DNA of 64,000 nucleotides from Calditrichia bacterium (GCA_963777955.1 CAVZSQ010000022.1:832001-896000); one strand, 5' to 3'; positions 42,742-56,761 are shown, counted from the first letter of the stretch. Notes: generated by a model not told the origin, from the sequence alone. Numbers and translations are program-made.

Positions 42742-44265
42742 ATGGGTAATGCAGTCAGACCAGGTGAGATATCCGATATTTTGAAAAAAGAACTGGCCGG
42801 ATTTGAAACCAGGGCGGAAATCTATGAAGTCGGCACCGTGCTGCAGGTCGGTGACGGAATCGCCCGGGTTTACGGTTTGGAAAAAGTGATGGCCGGCGAG
42901 CTGGTGGAATTCCCCAACGATGTCATGGGCATGGTTTTCAATCTCGAGGAAGATAATGTCGGTGTGATTCTGTTCGGCGATGAAACGCTGATCAAAGAAG
43001 GGGATCTGGTCAAACGTACCAGGCGTATTGTCGAAATTCCCACGGGGGATGAAATGCTGGGCCGGGTAATCAGTCCGCTCGGCCAACCGCTGGACGGTAA
43101 AGGAAAAATAAAAGCCAAGGTTTTTGTACCGGTCGAGAGAAAGGCACCGGGGGTGATCAAACGGCAGCCGGTCAAGGAACCGCTGGCTACCGGTATTAAA
43201 GCCATCGATTCCATGATTCCCATCGGTCGCGGTCAACGGGAACTGATTATCGGCGACCGGCAAACCGGTAAAACAGCCGTCGCTCTCGATACCATTATAA
43301 ATCAAAAAGGTAAAGATGTAATTTGCATCTACGTGGCCATCGGTCAGAAAGCCTCCACGGTGGCCAGGGTAATCCAGACTTTTGAAGATCATGGCGCCAT
43401 GGAGTATACTATTGTAGTTTCAGCCAATGCCAGCGAACCTGCTCCGCTGCAATACCTGGCACCATACTCCGGAGCCGCCATCGGCGAGTATTTCAGGGAC
43501 TCCGGCCGCCATGCTTTAATTGTATATGATGATCTTTCCAAGCATGCCTGGGCCTACCGCCAGGTTTCGCTGCTGTTGCGCCGCCCGCCCGGTCGCGAAG
43601 CATATCCCGGTGATGTTTTTTATCTGCATTCCCGGCTGCTGGAGCGGGCCGCCAAGATGAGCGATGAATTCGGCGGAGGAACACTGACGGCTCTGCCGAT
43701 CATCGAAACCCAGGCTGGCGATGTTTCAGCCTATATTCCTACCAATGTTATTTCCATTACCGATGGCCAGATCTACCTGGAGACCGATCTGTTCTATTCC
43801 GGAATCCGTCCGGCCATCAATGCCGGGCTTTCGGTTTCACGCGTGGGCGGCAGTGCCCAGATAAAAGCAATGAAACAGGTGGCCGGCCGGCTGCGCATTG
43901 ACCTGGCCCAGTACCGCGACCTGGAGGCCTTTGCTAAATTCGGCTCGGATCTGGATAAGGCTACCCAGCAGCAATTGCACCGCGGACAGCGGCTGGTGGA
44001 AATATTAAAACAGGATCAATATGTTCCGCTGCAGTTCGAACAGCAAATCGTCATCATCTTTGCGGCTACCAACGGCTACATTGATTCCATCGCCATCAAT
44101 CAGATCCGTCGCTATGAAAAGGAATTACTTGCTTTTTTGCTGATGAAACATCCCAAACTTTTGCCCGATATCGCCGGGCGGAAGATCATGGATGATGACA
44201 TCAAACAACGCCTGGCACAGGCTCTCCAGGAATTCAGCCAGTTTTTTAAAACAGAGGAAAAATAA
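42742..44265 (+). CDS. atpA: F1 subunit alpha
   Basis: [29 protein letters not shown]. Confidence 0.98.
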   Translation: MGNAVRPGEISDILKKELAGFETRAEIYEVGTVLQVGDGIARVYGLEKVMAGELVEFPNDVMGMVFNLEEDNVGVILFGDETLIKEGDLVKRTRRIVEIPTGDEMLGRVISPLGQPLDGKGKIKAKVFVPVERKAPGVIKRQPVKEPLATGIKAIDSMIPIGRGQRELIIGDRQTGKTAVALDTIINQKGKDVICIYVAIGQKASTVARVIQTFEDHGAMEYTIVVSANASEPAPLQYLAPYSGAAIGEYFRDSGRHALIVYDDLSKHAWAYRQVSLLLRRPPGREAYPGDVFYLHSRLLERAAKMSDEFGGGTLTALPIIETQAGDVSAYIPTNVISITDGQIYLETDLFYSGIRPAINAGLSVSRVGGSAQIKAMKQVAGRLRIDLAQYRDLEAFAKFGSDLDKATQQQLHRGQRLVEILKQDQYVPLQFEQQIVIIFAATNGYIDSIAINQIRRYEKELLAFLLMKHPKLLPDIAGRKIMDDDIKQRLAQALQEFSQFFKTEEK

Positions 44266-45133
44266 TGCCTACCCTGCGTGAAATACGACGCCGGATATCC
44301 AGTGTTCAGAGTACTCAGCAAATCACCAAGGCTATGAAAATGGTGGCAGCTGCCAAGTTGCGCCGGGCCCAGGAAAATATTCTGGCCACCCGGCCTTATG
44401 CCTATAAACTGGCCGGTACCATCGGACACCTGGTGGCCAGATTAGAACATAGCGCAAATCCGCTGCTGAAAGTTCGTCCCGTGCAAAAGGTATTGCTGGT
44501 GGTGGTTACGGCCGATCGCGGACTGTGCGGGGCATTTAACAGTAATATCATCCGTTATGCTACCCATCTTATTAATTCCTATACGCAATCTCGAGTTGTT
44601 TCTTTTTCCGGTGGGTAAAAAGGGATTCGATCACCTGGCTAAGCGATCGGGCAGGATTTTTTCACACAAGATAAACTTCTTCAATCATTTGGATTTTAAA
44701 GATGCAGTAGAAATTGTCGACCAGCTGGTGCAGGCTTACCAGACCGACCAGTTTGACCGTATCGAGATAGTTTATAATCAGTTTAAATCAGCTATTCAGC
44801 AGAATATAACCCTGGAACAATTCCTGCCCTTTATACCGGATCAGGAACTGCAACAAACCAAATCATTGATCGATTTTCTTTATGAACCGGGCAAAGAAGA
44901 AATTTTAAGTGTGCTGATTCCCAGGCACCTCCATATACAGATGTGGAAAATTTTACTGGAAAGTAATGCGGCCGAACAGGGTGCACGCATGACTGCCATG
45001 GAAAGTGCCACCGAAAATGCCGAAGATATGATCGGCTGTATTATCATTGGGATATAACCGGGCCCGCCAGGCGGCCATTACCAAGGAAATATCGGAAATT
45101 GTCGGCGGTGCCGAAGCTTTGAAAGAAAGATAA
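44265..45133 (+). CDS. atpG: F1 subunit gamma (apparent frameshifts near 44590 and 45040)
   Basis: [28 protein letters not shown], and manually read [23 protein letters not shown] ending TAA 45133. Confidence 0.93.
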
Positions 45134-45141
45134 TTATTTAA

Positions 45142-46554
<1,413 letters not shown>

Positions 46555-46600
46555 AGGGGATTAGCTACCGGCAGGGATTGTAGTAAAATAGGAAAGGCAG

Positions 46601-47000
46601 ATGGCCGCGTTAAATATTGATATTGTCACACCCGGCGGGAAAGTTTTTTCAGGGGAGATCAAATCCTGCACCGCCACCGGTGCTGCTGGCGAGTTCTGCA
46701 TCCTGAAAAATCATACGGCTTTGCTTTCTGCTTTAAGTATCGGCATCATAAAAATCGAAATGGCCGAAGGTAAAAAAATGCTGGCAACCAGCGGGGGATT
46801 TTTAGAGGTCCTCAATAACAGGATCAGCGTAATGGTAGAGACGGCTGAATGGGCTGAGCAGATAGATGTAGAAAGAGGCTAAGGCCGCAGCAGAACGGGC
46901 CAGAAAAAGAATGGAACAAAAACAGGATATCGACATCCCCCGGGCTAAACTGGCCCTGGCCAGGGCGCTAAACCGGCTGAAAGTGTCTTCCCACAGTTAG
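46601..47000 (+). CDS. atpC: F1 subunit epsilon (apparent frameshift near 46878)
   Basis: IVTP, ILKNH, SGGFLEV; shifted frame AKAAAERARKR...ALARALNRL ends TAG 47000. Confidence 0.92.
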
Positions 47001-47080
47001 ATTTGTTGAAAAACAACTCACAGGGCAGTAATTAGTAACAGCTGTAAGACTATGGTAAAATTAATTTTAGATATTTTTTC

Positions 47081-47108
47081 TTGACTAATAATGTGAAAAA
47101 GTTAAATT
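47081..47108 (+). promoter_or_regulatory. Candidate promoter of TPR/ExbBD cluster
   Basis: TTGACT-16-TAAATT in AT-rich gap after atpC. Confidence 0.4.
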
Positions 47109-47159
47109 AGTAAATATTAATTAATTAAAAGGGTTAGAGTTAATAGCAAAGGTAAATCT

Positions 47160-49772
47160 ATGAGTATTAAAACCCTTTTCATGATTTTGACAATTTGTTT
47201 ACTGGTGGCCGGTTACCACCCTTCCGTGTCATTTGCGCAGTCATCCGCTAGTGCGGCCTTAGAGCAGGCCATCAAGGATTTTATTGACCTGAACTTCGTG
47301 AATTACGGAGAAGATTTTATTGCTCAGGAAAGATTTTTGATCGAGCAGATGCGCTTAATCAACTATGAAATTGAGGCGCGGGTTTCAAATATTGACCAGG
47401 CCCGGGATAAGTACTTTAACGGCCTGAAAAGCAGATTGCAGGAAATCAAAGATCTGCGGGCCCGCTTAAGCAGCTCCGGCTCGTCTTCTTTAATCTCTTT
47501 TATCGATAAATTGCAGACGAGCATTGAAGAAACCATCGACGAAGGTAAACTCAACTATGAACGCCAGAAGGTGCTGGAAGATGGTTTACAACTGCTCTAC
47601 ATCGCCGAGGAGATGTCCAATCTTGATTCCGGAACCAGGGTGGAGAGCGATCCGCAAATTGCCCAGCGCCTGGAAACCTCGCGTCAATTACTGATGAACA
47701 GTTTCGGCGCAGGAAAAGCCACCAGCGGCGGACCTGATTACAATACCATCAACTCAGCCAGTCCGGGTACGATTTTCGGTTTATTCAAGACCTGGAAAAC
47801 GGAGAATATGGTAAAATATGAAACGCGCTGGTCGGATGTGCAGGCTGTCAAGAACAGCATGCTGCGCGAGAGTACGGTTCAGGAGAAAGAACGGATCTTT
47901 AACCGGGAACTGGAATCGGCCTTAATGGCCTATAATTTTACGCGCTTTGATCTGGCTGACCGCATGTTTACGGAAATTCTGACCCGCTACGATTTTGTCA
48001 AACAGGTCGATGATATATATTTTTATAAGGGTGAATCCAATTATTTTCTGGACCGCTTTTCAATTGCCGGGGATACCTATTTGCAACTGGTAGAGAAATT
48101 CCCGTCGTCCTCCTTCGCCCCTGCATCCTATAGTCGTCTGGTTTTGATCGCTTATCATCTCGAACAGCCGGATAAAGTCGCTGAGTACTTTGACAAATAC
48201 GAACAATCAGCAGCGAGCAGTGATCCTGCTTATGATGAAACACGGTTCGTGGCAGCGCACGCGGCCATTAAGAATTCCGATTACGCCTCGGCCGTCGAAA
48301 TCCTCAACGCGGTTTTTCCGGCGTCCGATTTTTATGTAGATTCCCGCTATTTAATGGCTCAGGCTTACATCGGAGCCAATAATTTACAGGAAGCCGATAA
48401 TGTCCTGACCGGCCTGATCAAAGATTATACCCTGTCCACCGATTATTATTTCAATCTGCTGCTGAAACTGGCTTATGTTAAGTATGAAAAGGGTGAATAT
48501 CCGCTGGCCATTCACTATCTCGATCAAATCGGCGGGAATTTCCCCTGGTATGACCGGGTCTTGTTATGCTACGGCTGGAATTATTATAAAATAGAATTGC
48601 AGAAAACAAAAGATCAGGTAAAAGATTTCAATTATGCCAAGCGTTACCTGCAATTGTTGCTGGATTCGTTTTTAACCTCTGATTATTATCTGGAAGCAAA
48701 AAGTCTGCTGGGCTATATCTATCAACTTGAAGAACAGGCCGGCAGTGCCATCGGCGAATTTGACGCTGTTTTTCGCGCCCGTTTTACCAAGGAAATAACC
48801 GATCAGACCCTGGTTAAAAGGGACAGCCTGGAAAACAAGTTGTTAAATTTGGAAACAGACAAATATACAGCGCTCGCGCAGGATAATGTCCAGTCTTTTT
48901 CGACTTCGCAATACCAGTACTCGGAAGTGCAGGATTCCCTGCTGTTAGTCGGCTATGATGACCAGGCCCTGGCCTGGCAGGCCACGGAAAGTGAAGTCGA
49001 TAAAATAAAAGAGCAGATTAAGGAATTAGACCGGTTAAAAAAGATTGCCAAGGAACGAAACAGTACGGCGCTGGTGGCCCGGATTGAGAATTTACAGGAT
49101 CGTCTGGAATCTTCGATCGAACATTCCTCTGCCTTGACTGAACAGGAACAGCAAGGTCCCGGATACCTGGCCTCCAATTCAGCTGCCCGCCGTGAGAGTG
49201 TAATCGAGGACCAGAATAAAAAAATTGAGCAGATCCGCCAGGAAATTCAGTCGCAAAAACAACTGTTGGATAACGCTCTGCTGGATCTGTCCGGAGAAAT
49301 TGACCGGGCCCGGGCGGCCAAGAGTTTTAATCGCATGGTACACCTGGAAGTAAAGCGTGATCAGTACGAAGCGTTAAAAAACCGTTATGATGTACTGGCT
49401 ACCTATGTTTTTGATCTTAATCCTGAGGCCTCCAATATCAATCTGCAAAAGTGGAGCGATTACAGTGCCTTTGGTATTGCCAATGTTAATTATGCGGTGA
49501 AACAGAATAAATTAGACCAGCGTGCCTTTTACCTGGACCAGATTAACAAGATCAATCAGATATTGAACAGCCGTAAAATGACGATTGATTTCATGATTAA
49601 TCAAATTGACGGTGAGATCAGTTTTATGACCCGTCGTGTCCGCCGGCAGGAACGATTGCGTGAGCGGGCCGAACTGAACCGTAAATTTGAAGAGACCTAT
49701 TTCGATACTCATACCACGGAAACGGAGGGGACGCAAACCAAACCACCTGAAACCGAACAGCAAAATCAGTAA
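47160..49772 (+). CDS. Exported TPR and coiled-coil protein
   Basis: Signal peptide (SFA-Q), TPR motifs YFYKGES...LVEKFPSS, LLCYGWNY, C-terminal coiled coils. Confidence 0.8.
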   Translation: MSIKTLFMILTICLLVAGYHPSVSFAQSSASAALEQAIKDFIDLNFVNYGEDFIAQERFLIEQMRLINYEIEARVSNIDQARDKYFNGLKSRLQEIKDLRARLSSSGSSSLISFIDKLQTSIEETIDEGKLNYERQKVLEDGLQLLYIAEEMSNLDSGTRVESDPQIAQRLETSRQLLMNSFGAGKATSGGPDYNTINSASPGTIFGLFKTWKTENMVKYETRWSDVQAVKNSMLRESTVQEKERIFNRELESALMAYNFTRFDLADRMFTEILTRYDFVKQVDDIYFYKGESNYFLDRFSIAGDTYLQLVEKFPSSSFAPASYSRLVLIAYHLEQPDKVAEYFDKYEQSAASSDPAYDETRFVAAHAAIKNSDYASAVEILNAVFPASDFYVDSRYLMAQAYIGANNLQEADNVLTGLIKDYTLSTDYYFNLLLKLAYVKYEKGEYPLAIHYLDQIGGNFPWYDRVLLCYGWNYYKIELQKTKDQVKDFNYAKRYLQLLLDSFLTSDYYLEAKSLLGYIYQLEEQAGSAIGEFDAVFRARFTKEITDQTLVKRDSLENKLLNLETDKYTALAQDNVQSFSTSQYQYSEVQDSLLLVGYDDQALAWQATESEVDKIKEQIKELDRLKKIAKERNSTALVARIENLQDRLESSIEHSSALTEQEQQGPGYLASNSAARRESVIEDQNKKIEQIRQEIQSQKQLLDNALLDLSGEIDRARAAKSFNRMVHLEVKRDQYEALKNRYDVLATYVFDLNPEASNINLQKWSDYSAFGIANVNYAVKQNKLDQRAFYLDQINKINQILNSRKMTIDFMINQIDGEISFMTRRVRRQERLRERAELNRKFEETYFDTHTTETEGTQTKPPETEQQNQ

Positions 49773-49796
49773 AAAAAAGGCAGTCTAAATAAATCC

Positions 49797-52700
49797 ATGG
49801 TAGAAAAAATGATCAAAATGAATATTTGCCAGCGTAGCAGATGCAAGCTGCGCCTGTTGGCTCTTGTTTATAATCTTCCTCGCCATGAGCGGAATATCTC
49901 TGGCCCAGCAGACCCAATTGCAGGATATGCAGGTTTTGGCCGATACGCTATTCCGGAATATGTCTATTGATGAATTGAAAAAGATCCAGCAGGAATATCA
50001 GGGCCGGGTTCAGACCATCACCGGTGAAGAAGAAAAAATGCGTGAAATGGGTCTGGAAGTTACTGAAACACTGCTCCGTCAGGAAGGGGAAAGAATAAAA
50101 GACCAGGATAAGATTCTGGTGCGCATGGCGGAATATTATATAGAAAAAGCCGAGAATGAATATTTTGCCAAGCAGGAAGAGTACGATAAAGAGTATACCG
50201 TGTATCTGGAAAAACTGGATCAATTCACGGCCGGATTATTAAAAGAAGAACCGGCAGCCGCCCGAAAATGTCAAGTACGATTATACTGGGGTAGTGAAAA
50301 TTTATGATCAGATTGTAAATGATTATCCGCAGAGTGAATTCGCCGATGACGCTTTATACAATAAGGCCTTCCTGTTGCAGCGCATGGGTGAAGGGGCAGA
50401 TTCCCGGCGCATTTATCAGGAAGTTATTGACCGTTATCCGGACAGCCATTTTGCCGCAGAATCATATATGCGTCTGGCCGAATATTTCTTCGATCCCCGT
50501 GAAGATAAAGACACCGAGCAATCGGTGGTCGAATTACAGAAAGCTATCAAGTTATATCAGAAAGTGCTGGAATATAAAGATTCCCGCCGGTACGACGAAG
50601 CGTTGTACAAACTTGGTTGGAGTTACTATCGCCTGACCGCCACCGATCCCAACTACTATACCGATGCCATCGCATATTTCATGGCCGTCGTTGATGATAT
50701 AACCATGGCGGAGAAGATGGATCCGGAGCAGAAGATCTCCTCCCCCAATGTAAAACAGGAAGCCATCCAGTATATCGGTATCAGTTTCTGCGATGAAGAA
50801 AATTATGCTTATGCCGGTGTGCAAAGGGCTCGCGGTTTTATCGAACAGGTCGGCGGCAGGGAATTCGGCGTCGATATCATGCGGGCCATGGGCCAGACCT
50901 TTCAGACCATTGAAAAAAATGAGAAGGCCATCGAAGCCTATACCACCTTGCTGGAGATGTATCCTTATTACTACGAAGCGCCGGTAATCAAACAAAAAGT
51001 CGCCGACACCTATTACGCGCTGGGCAGAGACGAAGATGATTACCGTACGCGCTATGAATTATTCCGTGACTACAATCCCAATTCCGAATGGTATCAGAAA
51101 TTGCTGGCCTCGGAATTACCGGATAAACTTAAATATGAACAGCAGGCTTACAACCTGGCGCAGAAGGCCCTGTTTACCAATGTGGGTCAGGATTTACAGA
51201 GAGCGCAGGAAGCCGAGCAGAAAAATCTGCCTTTTAAAGATCTGTACATCACCGTGGCTAACGGTTGTAAAGAGTACCTGAGTGTTTTTACCACCGACAG
51301 TAATGCCTATAAGATCAACTGGTATTATGCCCTGATCCTGGATAAGTATCTTACTCAATTCGAGGATGCTTTTGAGCAGTATGTCCATGTCAGCAACGAC
51401 TACCTGGAAACCGAACACCAGGAAGAAGCCGCCAATAATGCCATTTTTGTGGCCGATACCCTGGTCAGGATCGCTATGGGCGGTAAAAGAGATTCCACAA
51501 TGTTAGTGGATTTAACCGATAAAGAAGTAATAAAACCGGAAATACTCACTGCGGAACAGAAACGACTGATTGAAGCGTACGATAATTATATCCGCCTGTT
51601 CCCCGATGGTGCCAATACTCCGGTTTACCTGGCGGCGGCCGGTCAGATGTATTTCAATCATAAACAGTTTGCCGAAGCAAAAGTATATTTTAAAACCCTG
51701 GTTAACCGTTTCCCCGGCGCGAAGGAAAAAAATATTGCCATGAATGCGATCATGGAATCGTACTTTGCTCTGGGACAATTCCGGGACAGTGAATTTGTAG
51801 CCAAGCGGATTCTCGGTTCGCCGAATCTGACCGATGAACAAAAAGGATTTGCTCAAAAGCGGCTGGCTTCATCCATTTTTAACAGCGCTAAATTGCTGGC
51901 CGACCAGGGTCAATTTCTGGAAGCAGCCGTTGAATATAAGCGGGTTATCGATGAAACACCTTACGATACGACTTATTCCGAAGCGGCCTTGTTTAACAGC
52001 GGTCTGAATTACGATAAAGTCAAGGAGTGGGAAGAAGCGCTGGCCACTTATGTGCTGTTAGCCGAGAAATACCCCAAATCGAAATATAGTTTGCAGGCCC
52101 TGGGCAATGCAGCCGAAGATTATAAGGAATTGAAACAGTACTCCAATGCCGGTAAGATGTACGAACGTATCTATGCCCTGAATGCCAATAATCCCCAGCA
52201 GGCTGAAGTGGCCCTGTATAATGCCAGTTATTATTATGAGGAAGGGGAAGACTGGCTAAATGCCATCCGGGTCAATGATCAGTATATAGTCACCTATCCG
52301 GCCAGCAATGTGGCTACCGACTTATATTTTGACAATGCCGGACATTATCTGAAACTGGAGAATTTAACCGAGGCCAATCGCATTTACAGCGAGTTTGCCC
52401 AGCGTTATCCGGACGATCCCCGCAGCGTGGAAGCCTTCTATCGCCGCGGTGCTTATTATCTCGATCACAGTCAACCGGCCGATGCCAAGAATGAATTCGT
52501 CAAAGCGGTACAGAAGGGGGATGACCTGAGCCGGCGCGGGAAGGATCCGAACCGTTACTATGTCGGTGAAGCGTTAAACAGCCTGGCTAATATCCTGTAT
52601 ACCGATTTTCAGTCAATCGAGTTGCGGCAACCGCAGAGCAATCTGGCCTCCCAGCAGACACGTTTGAAGAACCTGATCCCGGAAATTACCACTACCAACA

Positions 52701-54616
52701 CCAAGATCATTGCCAATGGCTCCATCCGCAGTTTTGAAGCAACTTATAAGAGTGCGGAGATATACGAACTTTTTGCTGACAAGTACTCCGCCCAGGAGCG
52801 CAATCCCAACCTGGATGAGACCAAGAAATTTTTGGAAGATAAAAGGATAAATGACGAATCGGCTGCTTTGTATGATAAAGCGATCACCGAATATAAAAAT
52901 GCCATGCAGAGTATGCCGATGATTGCGACCAAATTTAATGTCGATATTTTTTCAGCAGATACAGCTTTCGTGCAAACCGAACCTGATTCGACCATGCTCG
53001 ATTCCACCCTGGCCATGGACCGGGCGGCCAAGGTGGATACCACCAAACAGGTAGCCCTGCGCTGGTATACCAAAGCCACCAATAAAATTTCATCCCTGTA
53101 TTATAAGCAGGCGGCAATTACTAAAAGCAACATCGACAAAGTTCTGGCCACACCCAATCCTTACACCAATGATCCGTTGAAATCAGTGATTTATACAGTG
53201 ACCCTGATCAGTAAAGGGGTGGGACCATCGGTACAGCAGACCATCCAGGCACATCTGAAGAATATCGAGGAAGCCAAGGCTCTCAATTTAAGCAATAAAT
53301 ATGTTGAAGAGTCGAAACGCCAGTTGCTGGTCACGGCTAACCTGCCGGCCAAAGAACTTGAAAAAACGACCTTTCAGGCTATCGCACCATATCCTGATAT
53401 GGTAAAAGAATATAAACGTCTTACCGAGCTGGAATACGGCGCCAAGAATTCCAGGGGAGAAGATTATCCGCAGGTCAATGACAATGTCAAGCAACTGATC
53501 GATTATTCCAAGACCCTGGCCGTCAGTACCATGGATAATTATGCCGGTACCCTGGATCTGGCCGAACAGCAGGGAATTCAGGATGATCTGATCCGGACGA
53601 CACATGACCGCATGCTGCGCCTGGCGGTTGAATTGACAGATTTGTACGATGCTTATCATGACAGTGCGCGGGTGGCCGACAGCGTCTATGCCGATAAATT
53701 TGCTGCTACTGAAAACTATAATTATGATGATGCTTCGATCTTTTTCCAGGATTTGAATCTGAGTTTCATTGATTACAGTAAAGAAGTACTGGATCATGCT
53801 TTTCAGTTAAAAGAAAAATATGATATAAAAAATGTCTGGGCCAATCGCGTGCTGGGTAAACTGATTAAACTCGATCCGGCTACCTATGCTGCCAGTGTGG
53901 AACGAGAAAAAGTGGTGATTGAGAGCGGCAATGACTGGGTCTATAGTGCCGCGTATACTCCGGGATATAATAAACTTGATTTTGATGATTCCTCCTGGCA
54001 GCGGACAGGGATCGTGCCTTCAGTATTCAACCAGTTCGCCGAGTCTGGGTGTGGATCCTCCTAGTATGTGGATCGTGAATCAGGCAGCGCCGGCAGACAG
54101 CGGGATGGGCGGAGATTCAACTGCAGCTGTACCGGGAGACAGCAGTGCGCTGCTGCTGGATTCAACTTCTCTGGCCGGACCGCAATTTTCCGAGGAGGCG
54201 GGAGTAGCCAGGCAGACAGATACGGTTCAGGTTTATTTCAGGAAAAAGGTAAACCTGAACGGTACGGGTGTCACCGGTATGATTTACCTGACCGCCGATA
54301 ATGATCATGCGATTGTTTATCAATGAGCAGTACATTCTCGATGATGTCGCTGATAATTTTACGGTTCTGGATTCGGTCGATTTCCCGGTCATTCAACCAT
54401 ATCTTAAACCCGGAGAAAATGTATTTGCCCTGCACGTGATCGATACAGACGGGACGGCAGGAGGGGTCAAATTGTATAGTCACCTTGAGCTGATCCCGCT
54501 GGATATCATGGCCTCTGTCGAAGCAAGCGACCAGGATGCAACAACTGAATATCGATCCGCAAATTCTCAAGAAAGTTAATACCTTAAATAAAAATCGTAT
54601 CTCAATTAATAATTAA
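49797..54616 (+). CDS. Giant exported TPR protein (GltD/AgmU-like), about 1600 aa when several apparent frameshifts are joined
   Basis: YPQSEFADDALY, ESYMRLAEYFF, EALYKLGWSYY, ALFNSG repeats; ORFs 49864-50307, 50294-54064, 53919-54326, 54301-54579 overlap and join; the last frame ends TAA 54616. Confidence 0.75.
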
Positions 54617-54628
54617 AGGTTTGGAAAA

Positions 54629-54979
54629 ATGAGTCGAAAAATATATAGAATTTTAATAACTTTATTACTAATATTGATGGCAGAAAATCTTTTAGCCCAG
54701 AGCACCGATTCAACCCGTACACGGGCACCACAGACAGGGGGCAGCGTGGTGGATTTAACCGGCGAGGCGGTGATTATTAAAGCGGAACCGGAGCGGCCGC
54801 GGGTTAATATTATCGCTGACCGGATCAAGCCGGAGTTTGAAAATATTAACCTGGAGCGTTCGTTCATGCCGGAGTTACTGGGCAAAGGCGAAAAAATTAT
54901 TATCATCGGCCGGCCGTTAAATGATGATCAGATTGAAAGAATAAATATAGAAAAAACAATTTCAAAATCTCGATACTAG
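54629..54979 (+). CDS. Small exported protein, GltF/CglF-like
   Basis: Signal peptide; IIKAEPERPRVNII...ERSFMPEL pattern; position between TPR and ExbB genes. Confidence 0.55.
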   Translation: MSRKIYRILITLLLILMAENLLAQSTDSTRTRAPQTGGSVVDLTGEAVIIKAEPERPRVNIIADRIKPEFENINLERSFMPELLGKGEKIIIIGRPLNDDQIERINIEKTISKSRY

Positions 54980-55009
54980 GGGCAATAAACTCATTAGGAG
55001 GTAATTTTT

Positions 55010-55672
55010 ATGGAAGTTTTCTTAAAAGAATTCGGTAATTCATTTCTATTTGGCAGTTTGGGTTCTTTCTATATGTACATCATTGCTTTGTTCGGTGCAA
55101 TATGTATCGCTATCGCGATTGAACGGTTCTATTTTATCATGGTCAAGTCTAATGTCAATGCCGATAAATTCATGGCTGAAATCAGAAAACTGGTAGCCGG
55201 CGGAAATATGGACCGGGCTATTGCTCTGTGCGATAAAGGCAAGGAGAAAGCTCTGCCGTACGTGGTATTGCGGGCACTCAAACGGGCCATTGAAAGCGAA
55301 GCGCTTGATTTCCGCGCCATTCAGAATGCAGTCGATGAAGCCACCCTGGAAATTATTCCTAAATTGCAGAAAAGAACCAGTTACCTGGCCATGCTGGCCA
55401 ACGTCGCGACCCTGACCGGACTGATGGGTACTATCTACGGTCTGATCGTATCTTTTACGGCTGTCGGTAGTGAAGGTATCCCGGAAGCCGAAAAGAACCG
55501 CTACCTGGCTGCCGGTATTTCCGCTGCCATGCAGACGACTATCTGGGGATTGACCGTGGCTATTCCGACTCTGATTATCTATACTTACCTGGTCAATCAG
55601 ACCACCAGGATCATCGATGAAATGGATGAACACCTGGTGAAACTAATTAACTTAATTACCGGTAACAGATAA
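55010..55672 (+). CDS. MotA/TolQ/ExbB channel protein (AglR-like)
   Basis: IAIER, LANVATLTGLMGTIYGLI, GISAAMQTTIWGLTVAIP; AGGAGG RBS. Confidence 0.92.
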   Translation: MEVFLKEFGNSFLFGSLGSFYMYIIALFGAICIAIAIERFYFIMVKSNVNADKFMAEIRKLVAGGNMDRAIALCDKGKEKALPYVVLRALKRAIESEALDFRAIQNAVDEATLEIIPKLQKRTSYLAMLANVATLTGLMGTIYGLIVSFTAVGSEGIPEAEKNRYLAAGISAAMQTTIWGLTVAIPTLIIYTYLVNQTTRIIDEMDEHLVKLINLITGNR

Positions 55673-55701
55673 TAACGAGATTATAGAATCGAGGTTAATT
55701 T

Positions 55702-56247
55702 ATGGCCTTTAAACCCTCACTACGTAGAAAGGCAATGCCCATCCAGGGGGAACTGGAAATCAGGCCGGTCATGAATCTGATGGTGTGTCTGATCCCTATT
55801 CTGCTGTCGGGAGCGGAACTGGTAAAGTTTTCAGTGGTCGAGATCGATTTACCGCCGACATCAGGAGGCGGTTCGACCAGTGAATCTACTCCACAGCAGG
55901 AACAGGGCAAGAAATTGGGATTAAAACTAGCCATAACCAGAGGCGGATTCAGCCTGGCCACGGCCTCGGCAATTATGGCCGGTGAAACCGGATCAGGGCC
56001 GACGATTCCGGTTGGGGCAAATGGCAAGTATGATTTTCCCATGCTGAATAAAAAATTAGTTGAATTGAAAAAATTGATCGAGGCTCAGGGATTTAAAGAT
56101 AAAGATTTGATCGTTATCACCGCTGGCGCCGATATTGATTATCAAACTATCATTGATGTATTGGATTATACGGCCAAGTACAAGGATGACCGCGGCAATC
56201 TTGTTCCTTTATTTCCGCAGGTCAATTTTGGCCAGGTAATTATGTAA
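55702..56247 (+). CDS. ExbD/TolR family protein 1
   Basis: ELEIRPVMNLMVCLIPILL TM, IDLP, YQTIIDVLD, LFPQV. Confidence 0.88.
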   Translation: MAFKPSLRRKAMPIQGELEIRPVMNLMVCLIPILLSGAELVKFSVVEIDLPPTSGGGSTSESTPQQEQGKKLGLKLAITRGGFSLATASAIMAGETGSGPTIPVGANGKYDFPMLNKKLVELKKLIEAQGFKDKDLIVITAGADIDYQTIIDVLDYTAKYKDDRGNLVPLFPQVNFGQVIM

Positions 56248-56263
56248 GTGAGGTATAAGAGAT

Positions 56264-56761
56264 ATGGCTTTTCAACCATCTAAATCTAAAAAGCATAAAA
56301 CGGCGATTGAAGGTTCTCTGAACCTGAATTCAATGATGGATATGATGACCATCTTGCTGTTGTTTCTGCTCAAATCATTTTCTACTCAAGGTTTGATGGC
56401 CAGTCAGAGCGCCAGTCTGAAATTACCGGTATCCGACCGGACCATTAAGCCTAAGAAGGAATTAAATATCGCTGTAGCTAAAGATATGGTACTGGTCAAT
56501 GAGATACCGATTCTGCGCCTGACAGATGTTAAAAAGGACCAGATTATGATTCCGCAATTGCAGACGAAACTGGCTGAATATGCCAAAAAGGAAAAACAAC
56601 TGGAGATCGAAACCGGCAGGCCTTTTGCCAATGAAGTGATCATTCAGGCTGATAAGGAAATTACGTTTGATGTCTTATTCAAAGTATTATTTACCTGCAG
56701 TAAAACGGAATTTTACAAGATGCGTTTATTGACAGTACAGGGCAGTAAAGAAAAGGTATAA
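56264..56761 (+). CDS. ExbD/TolR family protein 2 (AglS-like)
   Basis: LNLNSMMDMMTILLLFLLKSFS, LKLP, IIQADKEITF. Confidence 0.9.
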   Translation: MAFQPSKSKKHKTAIEGSLNLNSMMDMMTILLLFLLKSFSTQGLMASQSASLKLPVSDRTIKPKKELNIAVAKDMVLVNEIPILRLTDVKKDQIMIPQLQTKLAEYAKKEKQLEIETGRPFANEVIIQADKEITFDVLFKVLFTCSKTEFYKMRLLTVQGSKEKV

